DNA from: Candidatus Bathyarchaeota archaeon
GTDB lineage: Archaea > Thermoproteota > Bathyarchaeia > Bathyarchaeales > Bathycorpusculaceae
Direction of reading: 5' to 3'
DNA: 64,000 nucleotides
NCBI GenBank assembly: GCA_963827165.1
Contig: CAWGZR010000009.1
Span: 263,156 to 327,155, forward strand
The notes beneath the pieces were generated by a model. It saw only the letters and a list, made by a program, of their open reading frames with translations, did no database searches and had not been told where the DNA came from. Positions 50,801 to 58,056 of this stretch are shown one piece after another. Position 1 is the first letter of the stretch. Each line of letters starts with the position of its first letter. The position numbers and the translations under genes are program-made.

Positions 50801-51324
50801 TAGATTACATTAACAAAATTGTGCAGGACCTTCAGGACTACGCTAGACCTCTTAACCCAAAGATTGAAGAAAGCGACTTGAAATCCATTGCCGAGGCATT
50901 CATTACAAAAAACGGTTTGCCAAAAAATATTAGGGTTGAATTAAAAATAGCGGATCAAGCTAGATGGATTAGAGCTGACTCATACTACCTGAACCGAATC
51001 TTGTTTAATTTAGTTACTAACGCTGTTCAGGCAATGCCCAACGGAGGCACTTTAACAATAAGTGCGCATAAAGAAGCGAACGACACTATCTTGGCGGTAA
51101 AAGATACGGGCGTTGGAATTCCGTGTGAAGTTCAGGATAAAATGTTTACGCTCATGTTTACAACAAAGTCTAAAGGACAAGGCTTCGGTTTGCCGGTTGT
51201 TAAGAGGATGACAGAATCGCTGGGAGGCACAGTTACATTTGAGAGCCAAGAGGGAAAAGGAACAACCTTCACTGTACGTTTGCCCCCCCCCCAAGAACTA
51301 AACGGTAAATTGGTATACAAGTGA
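47851..51324 (+). CDS. Multi-PAS sensor histidine kinase
   Basis: About 7 PAS/PAC repeats ending DITERKK-like, H-box GHDIRNPL, NAVQAM, DTGVGI and GQGFGL. Confidence 0.93.
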   Translation: MPTNKETSNKQTIAKRKQVKEKSELSSQTLIGILGSIQEALYVLDHDWNIVYINNIAAGKAGLPKNLLGKNFWEVYPKLLGTIIEENYRSAMKNREIKRFESRGHYSDPLYEISVFPSAEGITVLGTNITKRKEIEDALRATEQQLKIITENSQDGINLLELKTGKYIFMNPAQVALTGFTADEINNISAEEAYQRTHPEDRQLTIAQQKKVAAGDDTSEPVEYRWKVKSGEYRWFSDSRKLVRDEKGKAVAMVGISRDITERKKAEEALKQSEEQARQRAEELQKLMDMIPAAIWVSNDPECKVIVGNQTANRFYEAAGGENVSAGPASGGQKDTTRRFFKDGKELPPEELPMQEAASKKKEIKNSELEVLAPSGRKMTILGSAKPLLTNEGKVRGCLAAFIDITERKNTEDTLKTTLNRFYRSLANMHGAILLVSDESRVEFANQSFCDYFSLKESPSDLIGLTAGVIIEKIKKGYVYPDQEDTRIKEIVTAGKTVTGEEVAMKGNRTCLRDFIPLPTAGKAFSRLWHHMDITDRKRAEDTIKESEQRWATTLSSIGDAVIATDTKGKIVFMNNQAESLTGWKLEEASQKPTKTVFNIINERTRLEVESPIERALREGIVVGLANHTVLIRKDGKEIPVDDSGAPIKDGNGKTTGVVLVFRDITQRRQADQDRERLSAIVESTDDAIIGKTLDGTITSWNKAAAKLYGYTASEVIGRPISVVIPTDHMNEFKQILDRLHNGERIEHRDTIRLHKDGTRLDVDVTVAPIKNRYGEIVGASTIARDITERKKVEEALKENEQLYHTVFDNSQDGFQLIELIYDKNGKPIDHKFLKVNHAYESIIGVKADDILDKTAKYISPNQEFHWLEVPDRVAKTGISEHVELYNKDIGKWLDCFYFRYSKNVVGTLFRDITGRKKLEKQLQDSERLAAIGATAGMVGHDIRNPLQAITSDVFLAKSELACFPESEEKKNALESMCEIEKNIDYINKIVQDLQDYARPLNPKIEESDLKSIAEAFITKNGLPKNIRVELKIADQARWIRADSYYLNRILFNLVTNAVQAMPNGGTLTISAHKEANDTILAVKDTGVGIPCEVQDKMFTLMFTTKSKGQGFGLPVVKRMTESLGGTVTFESQEGKGTTFTVRLPPPQELNGKLVYK

Positions 51325-51428
51325 GCATAGATAGTTTTTTAAGAAAGAGACTATATCTTCTGCGCTGAATTTGGCAGGGGAGCACTTGCTCTAGGCTATT
51401 CTGAGTTCGCCCCCTTCATCCAAAAGTT

Positions 51429-51716
51429 GTGGTGAGCGGCTTTCTAGGCATGACGCATAAACGAGGAAACAGACGTTCGTCCAAATCCTATGCGATTCGC
51501 GAACAGCTGCATGATGCACATAGGTTTGTTAGCGGTGAAGCTTTTCGTGACAGACTAATCAGTGAAACTGTCTGCTTAACTACCATTGATGCGGTTGTGC
51601 GGCACTTAGCAGAAACATTTGAGCAAGCCGCCGCCGAAGCCGTGCCTGAAGTAGAGCCAGGTCTAGTTCTTAGCAACACTGTTGGCGACGGCGCATTCCA
51701 ATCGTTAGAAGCATAA
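51429..51716 (+). CDS. Hypothetical viral protein
   Basis: ORF leads into the AAGGAGG RBS of the next gene; start more likely ATG ~51449. Confidence 0.5.
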   Translation: MVSGFLGMTHKRGNRRSSKSYAIREQLHDAHRFVSGEAFRDRLISETVCLTTIDAVVRHLAETFEQAAAEAVPEVEPGLVLSNTVGDGAFQSLEA

Positions 51717-51729
51717 GGAGGCATAATAG

Positions 51730-52005
51730 ACGGAGACAAATGAAGAGGAAATCGAGCAACCAGAGATTTGTCCGGACGCTAACAAAAACCCCGTTTGCCC
51801 TTACATCACTGCCATACACACAAACACGGCTCAAGTAAACAGAATAGAAAATGCGCTAGTGGGAGAAGACTTGCAGTCGGGCCTTGTGGCTAAAGTTCAA
51901 CAGCTTGAAGTAACCCAAAAAATCCTCATAGCGTTAGGAAGCACGAGTCTGGTTGGCTTGGTTAGTCTTGTCATTATCTTGTTTGAGAGGTTGGTGATCC
52001 GGTAG
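51730..52005 (+). CDS. Coiled-coil + C-terminal TM protein (XhlA/holin-like); start codon damaged or non-canonical
   Basis: Missing from the ORF track: TETNEEEIEQPEICPD…RIENALVGEDLQSGLVAKVQQLE…LVGLVSLVIILFERLVIR*. AAGGAGG RBS is followed by ATAG-ACG; the stop overlaps the ParB GTG. Confidence 0.65.
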   Translation, partial: TETNEEEIEQPEICPDANKNPVCPYITAIHTNTAQVNRIENALVGEDLQSGLVAKVQQLEVTQKILIALGSTSLVGLVSLVIILFERLVIR

Positions 52006-52538
52006 TGTCAATTGTTATTCCAGCCGCTGAAACGGTAAAGCTCAGCGAAGTTAAGACGGATGGGCAGAACCCAAATAAAATGAGCAGAGAGCAGCTCGAA
52101 CGGCTCAAGAGTTCTATCAAGAAATGGGGCTTCATCGTTCCCATCATTACCAACAAGGACCTCTTGATAGCGGATGGAGAACAGCGTTATACAGCTGCTA
52201 AAGCCTTGGGTATGGCTGAAGTTTCAGTTATTCGCTTGCCCGTTGAAGACGTCGACCGCAGGTTACTTAGACAGGTTCTCAACAAGCTCAGAGGCGAACA
52301 CCAAAAAGACTTAGACCAAGCCGAATTTGATCGCATAATCCAAGCGGGAAGAGAAGATGATCTCAAGTATCTGCTTATGCTTTCCGATGAAAAACTGAAA
52401 AACTCAAATGAAGAGAAAGGCATCAGCTTGGCTGCCTCTTTTGAAGTTATTATAGAATGTGATGATGAGACAATCCAAGAAGCCGTTTATAACAAACTAA
52501 TCGGTGAAGGATACAAATGCCGAGTTTTGACTTTGTAA
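52005..52538 (+). CDS. ParB/Sulfiredoxin N-terminal domain protein
   Basis: NPNKM….LKSSIKKWGFIVPII….IADGEQRY.AAK.LG. Confidence 0.88.
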   Translation: MSIVIPAAETVKLSEVKTDGQNPNKMSREQLERLKSSIKKWGFIVPIITNKDLLIADGEQRYTAAKALGMAEVSVIRLPVEDVDRRLLRQVLNKLRGEHQKDLDQAEFDRIIQAGREDDLKYLLMLSDEKLKNSNEEKGISLAASFEVIIECDDETIQEAVYNKLIGEGYKCRVLTL

Positions 52539-53200
52539 AAACGTGGAATAAGCCAAGCAGTTTCCGCGCTCAGTCCGTCATAGGAAGCTTCACTCTTGTT
52601 GATTGCAAGATGGAAAAACACTTCACAGGAACGATCCCAATAGATGATGGCGCTTGGCAGATAGGCGTAATTGTTGGCCGCAGTGGCACAGGAAAAACAA
52701 GCATCGCAAAAACACTCTTTCCCGAGAGCTATATCAAAGGTTTTGCTTACACGCATGAATCCATACTTGACGATTTTCCAGAGGGACAACAAGTTAATGA
52801 GATAACAAAGAACCTCTGCAGTGTGGGCTTTGCTTCTCCGCCCGACTGGCTCAAAAGCTATGACGCTTTAAGCCAAGGTGAAAAGATGCGTGTGGACATC
52901 TCAAGAGCTCTTAGCTTAGAGCAGCCAACCATCGTATTTGACGAATTTACAAGCGTTGTAGATAGAGAAATTGCCAAAGTCAGCGCCTACGCAATAAGCA
53001 AAGCCGTTCGAAGAACAAACAAGAAATTCATAGCCGTAACATGCCACTATGACGTTATCAATTGGCTGGATCCCGATTGGGTTTTCTGCACAGACACAAT
53101 GGAGTTTAGCCGAAAAAAAGAAGCAGGCCGCCCGTTGAGCTCCAAGTTTATCGGTGCGGCTCTTCCCTGTGGCAAATGTTTCGGCAATATCACTATCTAA
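52517..53200 (+). CDS. ABC-type ATPase (viral, GNAT-associated)
   Basis: GRSGTGKTS Walker A, LSQGEKMR signature, FDEFTSVVDR Walker B and VTCHYD H-loop. Confidence 0.9.
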   Translation: MPSFDFVKTWNKPSSFRAQSVIGSFTLVDCKMEKHFTGTIPIDDGAWQIGVIVGRSGTGKTSIAKTLFPESYIKGFAYTHESILDDFPEGQQVNEITKNLCSVGFASPPDWLKSYDALSQGEKMRVDISRALSLEQPTIVFDEFTSVVDREIAKVSAYAISKAVRRTNKKFIAVTCHYDVINWLDPDWVFCTDTMEFSRKKEAGRPLSSKFIGAALPCGKCFGNITI

Positions 53201-53613
53201 ACAGCAAACTCGGCGCCGGAGTCAGATGCTACGCAGCAATCTATAATCAAAATCCCATTGCCTTTATCGCTGTAGCGCACGTCCGCATGAAAGCAAATTA
53301 TTATCGGGTTAGCCGCCTTGTAGTCTTGCCTGATTACCAGGGCATCGGTATAGGGAAGCGTTTATTGAATTTTGTTGCTGAGCGTTATACGTCTCAACTG
53401 CCGGAGATTCCTTTCTATATAGTTACGAGTAATCCTCAGCTCATCCGAAGTAACTTGTATGGTTGGCGTGTGAAGCGTGTTGGCCATGGCTCTAGTGGCA
53501 GAAATGATAGCAGGATAAATCGGGAGCTTGTGAAGTCAAATTCCAAGCGACGTCTAAGCGTATCCTTACAGTATATTCCTCAGAAACACTATGGAGGCGC
53601 CACTTTTGCGTAA
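53119..53613 (+). CDS. GNAT (Mom-like) acyltransferase, reached in the -1 frame from the ATPase
   Basis: RSRPPVELQVYRC…WQMFRQYHYL…SRLVVLPDYQGIGIG…TSNP. The linker-like segment is in frame upstream of the internal ATG at 53176. Confidence 0.85.
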   Translation, partial: RSRPPVELQVYRCGSSLWQMFRQYHYLNSKLGAGVRCYAAIYNQNPIAFIAVAHVRMKANYYRVSRLVVLPDYQGIGIGKRLLNFVAERYTSQLPEIPFYIVTSNPQLIRSNLYGWRVKRVGHGSSGRNDSRINRELVKSNSKRRLSVSLQYIPQKHYGGATFA

Positions 53614-53791
53614 TTCTGCAAAAGATAGAGTAGGTTTGTCACTGCCCAATAGTTTGCGCGGCAAACATTGCCGTGGTCTTGGTTGTAGGCGAAAAATCTC
53701 TAGGACAAACAAAAGTGGTTACTGCCGAAGTTGTTTTGGCCGTTTTGTGCTTCATGCTAAAGGAACCAAAGCACATTTAAAGTCCCCTTAA
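53591..53791 (+). CDS. Small Zn-finger viral protein
   Basis: CRGLGC…NKSGYCRSC. Confidence 0.5.
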   Translation: MEAPLLRNSAKDRVGLSLPNSLRGKHCRGLGCRRKISRTNKSGYCRSCFGRFVLHAKGTKAHLKSP

Positions 53792-53839
53792 AGTCAAACA
53801 GTTAACTTTTTTTGTTTTGAGTTTGGGAACAACTTGTTT

Positions 53840-56053
53840 TTAACGCTTACGTTTCTTGAAGTAGACCAGAAAACCAGCACCTATTACAACGGCTGCCGAT
53901 GTTCCTGAAGCAACAGCTACAGTTGCAGTCTGGAAAGGTTCTGGCTTCGCTATTGTAAAGTTGATAGTTTGTGAAGCACAAATGTCTCCAAACGTGTCAT
54001 TAGCGAAGACTGTTAAAGTATGCAGACCGATTGTCATGTTGGTTAGGGTAGTATTGCCCGTTAAGGTTACGTTTTGTTCTCCATCAAGACTATAACCTAT
54101 CCAGTTGGCCTCTTTATTTATCGAGAATGCTAAGGAAACATTACCTTCAGGATATGTCTGGTTTAGCGGCGACAAAACCGATATTTTTGGTGGAGTGACC
54201 TCCTGCTCATAATTCAGTAGAAAAGATGCGGTGAACGGCTCCATGAGCGGATACCGATCCTTGTTCTGTGAATCTATTACATACGGGATATTGCCTATGC
54301 CAGTACTGTCTATTTCGGCAGCCTTAGGATAGCTTGTCAGGTAGTTGCTCCAATAGTTGCCGCCACCAGGGTAACCATCATCCCAAATATTACCCGTGGA
54401 TTGCGAATTGAAACTAGCCTCATAAGCCTGTGCTACATTGTCGACAAAGTTGTTATGGTAAACGGTATTGTTCGAAGCGCCCCAGAACATGAGTCCGCAG
54501 CCTCCACCAATGGCTGTATCTGAGCTTTTTTCTATGTTATTTCCAACAATCAGGTTATTCGTTGTTTCAAGAAAAGACATACCATCATAGTTGTTTGTTA
54601 AGGTGTTTCCTGTTATGATGTTTGAATTTCCGCCTTCAACATCGATTCCAGCGGTTGGTTCATCAAGAGAAAGAATTCCATTTCCTGTTCCTGTTATTGT
54701 ATTATTGGTAATTGTGGCGTTTGCCATGAAAATTAATTGAATGCCAAAGTAGCTACCTGTAACAGTGAAGTTCTCGACAGTTATATTTGAAGCGAACGAT
54801 AAGTCAGCTGTTGGTGGGTTACTGTTACTTCCCCAGTTGCCTATCGAAAGAATGCCATTGACGGTGAACCCGTTTCCGTTAAATAATATGTTACTTTTTT
54901 CTACTGTAATGCTCCCATCAACGTCGCTTGCCAAAATGTAGGTGTCGCCACTTTTTTGAATTGGAGCTGAAGGCGGACTTACTGTGCCGTCTGCGTTGAT
55001 GGTGATGTCGCCCAAATAATGAAATTCTGTTAATGAAATGGAATCAGATATGACCGATACTGTGCCCGAGCTATAATTGGTTACAAAAAGTTCGCCTTTG
55101 GAAGAGTCATAAGTTATGTCCATAGGTCCATCACCCACGCTTACGGTTGCAATTACGGTGTTGTTGTCATCCGATATAACTGAGACAGTATTGTAACCAT
55201 TGTTGGTCACGAATACTTCCCCGCTTTTGGAGTCATAGGCAACTCCTTTGAGACCCAAACTGGTTGCGCCAGTCACGCTTGCAACCACAGTATTAGTTTT
55301 ATCTGAAATAACTGAGACAATATTGGATGCAGAGCTGGCTACGAAAACCTCGCCTTTACCGGAATCAAAAGCTAAGCCCCAAGGTTCATGCACTACAGGT
55401 ATTGTAGCTACAACAGTATTGGTGTTGTCCGAGATAACTGAGACTGTGTCAGAGTCATCATTTGTCACGTATATTTGACCTCTTGCTGGATCATAGGCTA
55501 TTCCCGAAGGCTCACTTCCCACGTTAACGGTCGCAACCACCGAGTTAGTATCGTCCGATATAACCGAAACTGAATCATTGACGCTATTGGATACAAAAAC
55601 TTCTCCTTTGCCAGAATCATAAGCAACTCCTATGGGCTTATCTCCAACTGTCACGTATGCAATTACAGTATTAGTGGCATCTGAGATGACTGAAACATTG
55701 TTATTTCCCCAGATTGTTGCGAATATTTCATTCTTGCCTGAATCATATCCCATATCGTTGGCAGGTGTGTCGGTCACAGTTGCAATCACTGCGTTTCTGC
55801 TATCTGAGACGACTGAAATGCCGTTGACTTGGTCGGACACATATATTTCGCCTTTGCCCGAATCATACACCAGAGTATTAAGCTGATGGCCCCCTATCGG
55901 TATAGTGTTTATTGCGACCCCGGCGAAGACTAAGTTGGTCACTGATGTCGCAAGTATGAGTGCCAGAAGAATTGAGACAGCCCCCGTTCTCTTAACGCTC
56001 TTAACAAAATTATTTGCAAGCGTTGAGTTGCACCTTTTGCTCATTCTCATCAA
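53840..56053 (-). CDS. Surface protein: YVTN beta-propeller + NosD/CASH beta-helix + Ig-like domain + C-terminal TM anchor
   Basis: About 7 repeats YDSGKGEVFV.N..S..VSVISD.TN.VVATV, ITINADG, YHNNF, WDDGYPGGGNYWS, DRYPLM, LSPLNQTY and TM ending KKRKR. Confidence 0.9.
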   Translation of the reverse strand: MMRMSKRCNSTLANNFVKSVKRTGAVSILLALILATSVTNLVFAGVAINTIPIGGHQLNTLVYDSGKGEIYVSDQVNGISVVSDSRNAVIATVTDTPANDMGYDSGKNEIFATIWGNNNVSVISDATNTVIAYVTVGDKPIGVAYDSGKGEVFVSNSVNDSVSVISDDTNSVVATVNVGSEPSGIAYDPARGQIYVTNDDSDTVSVISDNTNTVVATIPVVHEPWGLAFDSGKGEVFVASSASNIVSVISDKTNTVVASVTGATSLGLKGVAYDSKSGEVFVTNNGYNTVSVISDDNNTVIATVSVGDGPMDITYDSSKGELFVTNYSSGTVSVISDSISLTEFHYLGDITINADGTVSPPSAPIQKSGDTYILASDVDGSITVEKSNILFNGNGFTVNGILSIGNWGSNSNPPTADLSFASNITVENFTVTGSYFGIQLIFMANATITNNTITGTGNGILSLDEPTAGIDVEGGNSNIITGNTLTNNYDGMSFLETTNNLIVGNNIEKSSDTAIGGGCGLMFWGASNNTVYHNNFVDNVAQAYEASFNSQSTGNIWDDGYPGGGNYWSNYLTSYPKAAEIDSTGIGNIPYVIDSQNKDRYPLMEPFTASFLLNYEQEVTPPKISVLSPLNQTYPEGNVSLAFSINKEANWIGYSLDGEQNVTLTGNTTLTNMTIGLHTLTVFANDTFGDICASQTINFTIAKPEPFQTATVAVASGTSAAVVIGAGFLVYFKKRKR

Positions 56054-56098
56054 ACATTAGCTTAGAAATGGTTCTCGATAAAAGGTTTTTTGTCATGC

Positions 56099-56144
56099 TT
56101 CCTGGACTAATAGCATATTTTTAAGTTCAGATTTCTTGACTAAG
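56099..56144 (-). promoter_or_regulatory. Paired CTTAGTCAAGAAA-type motifs upstream of the BRE/TATA of the YVTN/NosD gene
   Basis: TTTCTTGACTAAG at 56132-56144 is identical to 62542-62554; a degenerate copy lies at 56099-56110. Confidence 0.55.
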
Positions 56145-56296
56145 CCGAGTTCGTGCATTTAGTTAACTGCTTCTTTGAAGTCAAGTGCTTAAATAGCGCT
56201 TGCTTCCTATTGTTGATTTAATCTCTCGCAAGTTAGTGGGTTTGGCTTTCGAACTAACACCCTGTCTGCCTTTAGCCAAGGGCAAAACAAAAAGAT

Positions 56297-56614
56297 TTGG
56301 AGTGTATCATTATACCGAATCGAAAATCTCCCAGAGGAGTCGCTAGAAACTTCATTCGGTACACTGCTAAGTTTGACCGTATGAAAAAAGAATCAATTAA
56401 TACTGTAACTGATGGCGAGGTTTTAGCTGAGCTGGGCAGAGCTTTTCCGGATGATCCGCCTACTTCAGCGGTTTTTCCTGAAGGCTTTATTGACATTATT
56501 GGCTTAGTTTTAGAGGATACACGCGGAGAAGGCGCCATAGATCCTCATGTTAAGCCCGCGCAAGAAACAATTGAAGACTTTATGAAATCTCAGAGGGAAG
56601 GTTCACTACAGTAA
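56297..56614 (+). CDS. Hypothetical viral protein
   Basis: TAATG overlap with the next gene; start uncertain. Confidence 0.55.
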   Translation: MECIIIPNRKSPRGVARNFIRYTAKFDRMKKESINTVTDGEVLAELGRAFPDDPPTSAVFPEGFIDIIGLVLEDTRGEGAIDPHVKPAQETIEDFMKSQREGSLQ

Positions 56615-56850
56615 TGCCAACAATTCAAGAACGTCTCGCAACCATTGAGACCAAGCAGGACTACATCATCAAACAACTTGACACTATCGTTACCAATCAT
56701 TTGCCTCACATTTACAAGCGCCTCGAGCAATTGGAAAACTGCAAAGCTATTGATGGGAGCTGGATCCGCTTTGCAAAGCCAGTGGCGATTTCACTTATTA
56801 GTTCAGCTCTAAGCGTAGGCTTGACGTATTATTTTCTCAAAATCTGTTAA
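56614..56850 (+). CDS. XhlA/holin-like small membrane protein
   Basis: ERLATIETK coiled coil, NHLPHI..RLE.LE and a C-terminal TM helix. Confidence 0.65.
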   Translation: MPTIQERLATIETKQDYIIKQLDTIVTNHLPHIYKRLEQLENCKAIDGSWIRFAKPVAISLISSALSVGLTYYFLKIC

Positions 56851-56876
56851 TCAAAATATCGTGGTGATGCCGAAGT

Positions 56877-57032
56877 ATGGATTTTAAAAAGGAAAAAGCA
56901 TGGCTGGAGATTCTATGCGAAATCGCTGAGTTACCTATGGGGCTGCAGGAGATTGTCTTCGTGGATATTGTTGAGTCTGCGAAGAACCGGATTGCTACAA
57001 TTAAGCGAATTATGGATGCGAATGAAAATTGA
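56877..57032 (+). CDS. Small hypothetical protein
   Basis: MDFKKEKAWLEILCEIAELPMGLQEIVFVDIVESAKNRIATIKRIMDANEN*; GGTGA RBS; TTGA overlap with the next gene. Confidence 0.6.
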   Translation: MDFKKEKAWLEILCEIAELPMGLQEIVFVDIVESAKNRIATIKRIMDANEN

Positions 57033-57394
57033 GGCGTTCTCAAGCAGAGTTGATTTATACCGTTTTCGAAGTGCTACATAGTCAGCCCCTAAAAATTACA
57101 CACATCATGTACAAAGTTAATATCAACTGCCTGATTTTGCGCAATATCCTGAATATTTTGATGCAGACGGATTTGGTTGAAGTGAAGATTACAAGCAAGC
57201 CGCCTAAAGGCAAACGTTTGACGTCTGCTGCAAATACCCGATATAGTGAAATGTACGGGTTAACTGAAAAAGGCGAAAAGTTTTACCTTGAAGCTCGCTC
57301 AGCTACAAGAGCAATTAACGAGTTAATTGAAGCATCTGAGAAGCAACGCTACATCTTTGATGCACAAAAAATGAAAGCTAACACAATTGGTTGA
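57029..57394 (+). CDS. Winged-helix transcriptional regulator (COG3432-like)
   Basis: RRS..E.I…LKITHIMYKVNIN…L..L and Y.LTEKG. Confidence 0.8.
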   Translation: MRRSQAELIYTVFEVLHSQPLKITHIMYKVNINCLILRNILNILMQTDLVEVKITSKPPKGKRLTSAANTRYSEMYGLTEKGEKFYLEARSATRAINELIEASEKQRYIFDAQKMKANTIG

Positions 57395-58056
57395 AGTGTC
57401 AATTTATGTCAACTCCCCCGGAAGATGTTGAAGGCCAGCGTATAGCAGCGTTGGAAGAGGCTCTTGGAATAACCTCAGAAATGCCTCAACAAGTCTGCGC
57501 AGCGGGTAAACAGCCAAAGGAACCGATGGTGAGAATGACCTTGCCGCTTTTTCATCGACGCAAAACAATGCTTATAGCCTATCATAGCGGTCACCTAAAT
57601 CCTTTAGCTCTTAGGCAGATGGCTATTGAATTTGAATGCACTGAAGCTGCTTTGCTTGATGATTTAGAAGACCGTGCGAATTGGGAGCAGTTTATCTGGG
57701 CAAATCAAGAGGCTCATGAGGATGGTAAGGCGTTGCTTAATCAGTTGCAGTTGGCTAGGGAAGAAGCCCTTTTTTTGATGAAAACCTGTAAGTCTGCTAA
57801 TGCTCGGGTCGGCGCGATTGGCAAGTTCATTGACTCTATTAAAGCTGAGATTGAGGTTGGGCAAAGTTTAGGTTTGTTGCCTAAGCAAATATCGCCAGCG
57901 GTTGTTGTGCAGCAGAATAACGTTACCCAGGTAACTGCTAAGACTGAGACTAAAATAACGATTGATATGACCAAGATGTCTGAAGATGATAGAAAAGCCC
58001 TCCTACGCGCTGAAGAGGCTCTCTCAAGAGCAGAGACAGCAGCTGGCCCGCAGTAA
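57391..58056 (+). CDS. Putative terminase small subunit
   Basis: Helical protein with an HTH-like segment directly upstream of and overlapping TerL; C-terminal IDMTKMSEDD motif. Call rests mainly on position. Confidence 0.55.
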   Translation: MKCQFMSTPPEDVEGQRIAALEEALGITSEMPQQVCAAGKQPKEPMVRMTLPLFHRRKTMLIAYHSGHLNPLALRQMAIEFECTEAALLDDLEDRANWEQFIWANQEAHEDGKALLNQLQLAREEALFLMKTCKSANARVGAIGKFIDSIKAEIEVGQSLGLLPKQISPAVVVQQNNVTQVTAKTETKITIDMTKMSEDDRKALLRAEEALSRAETAAGPQ

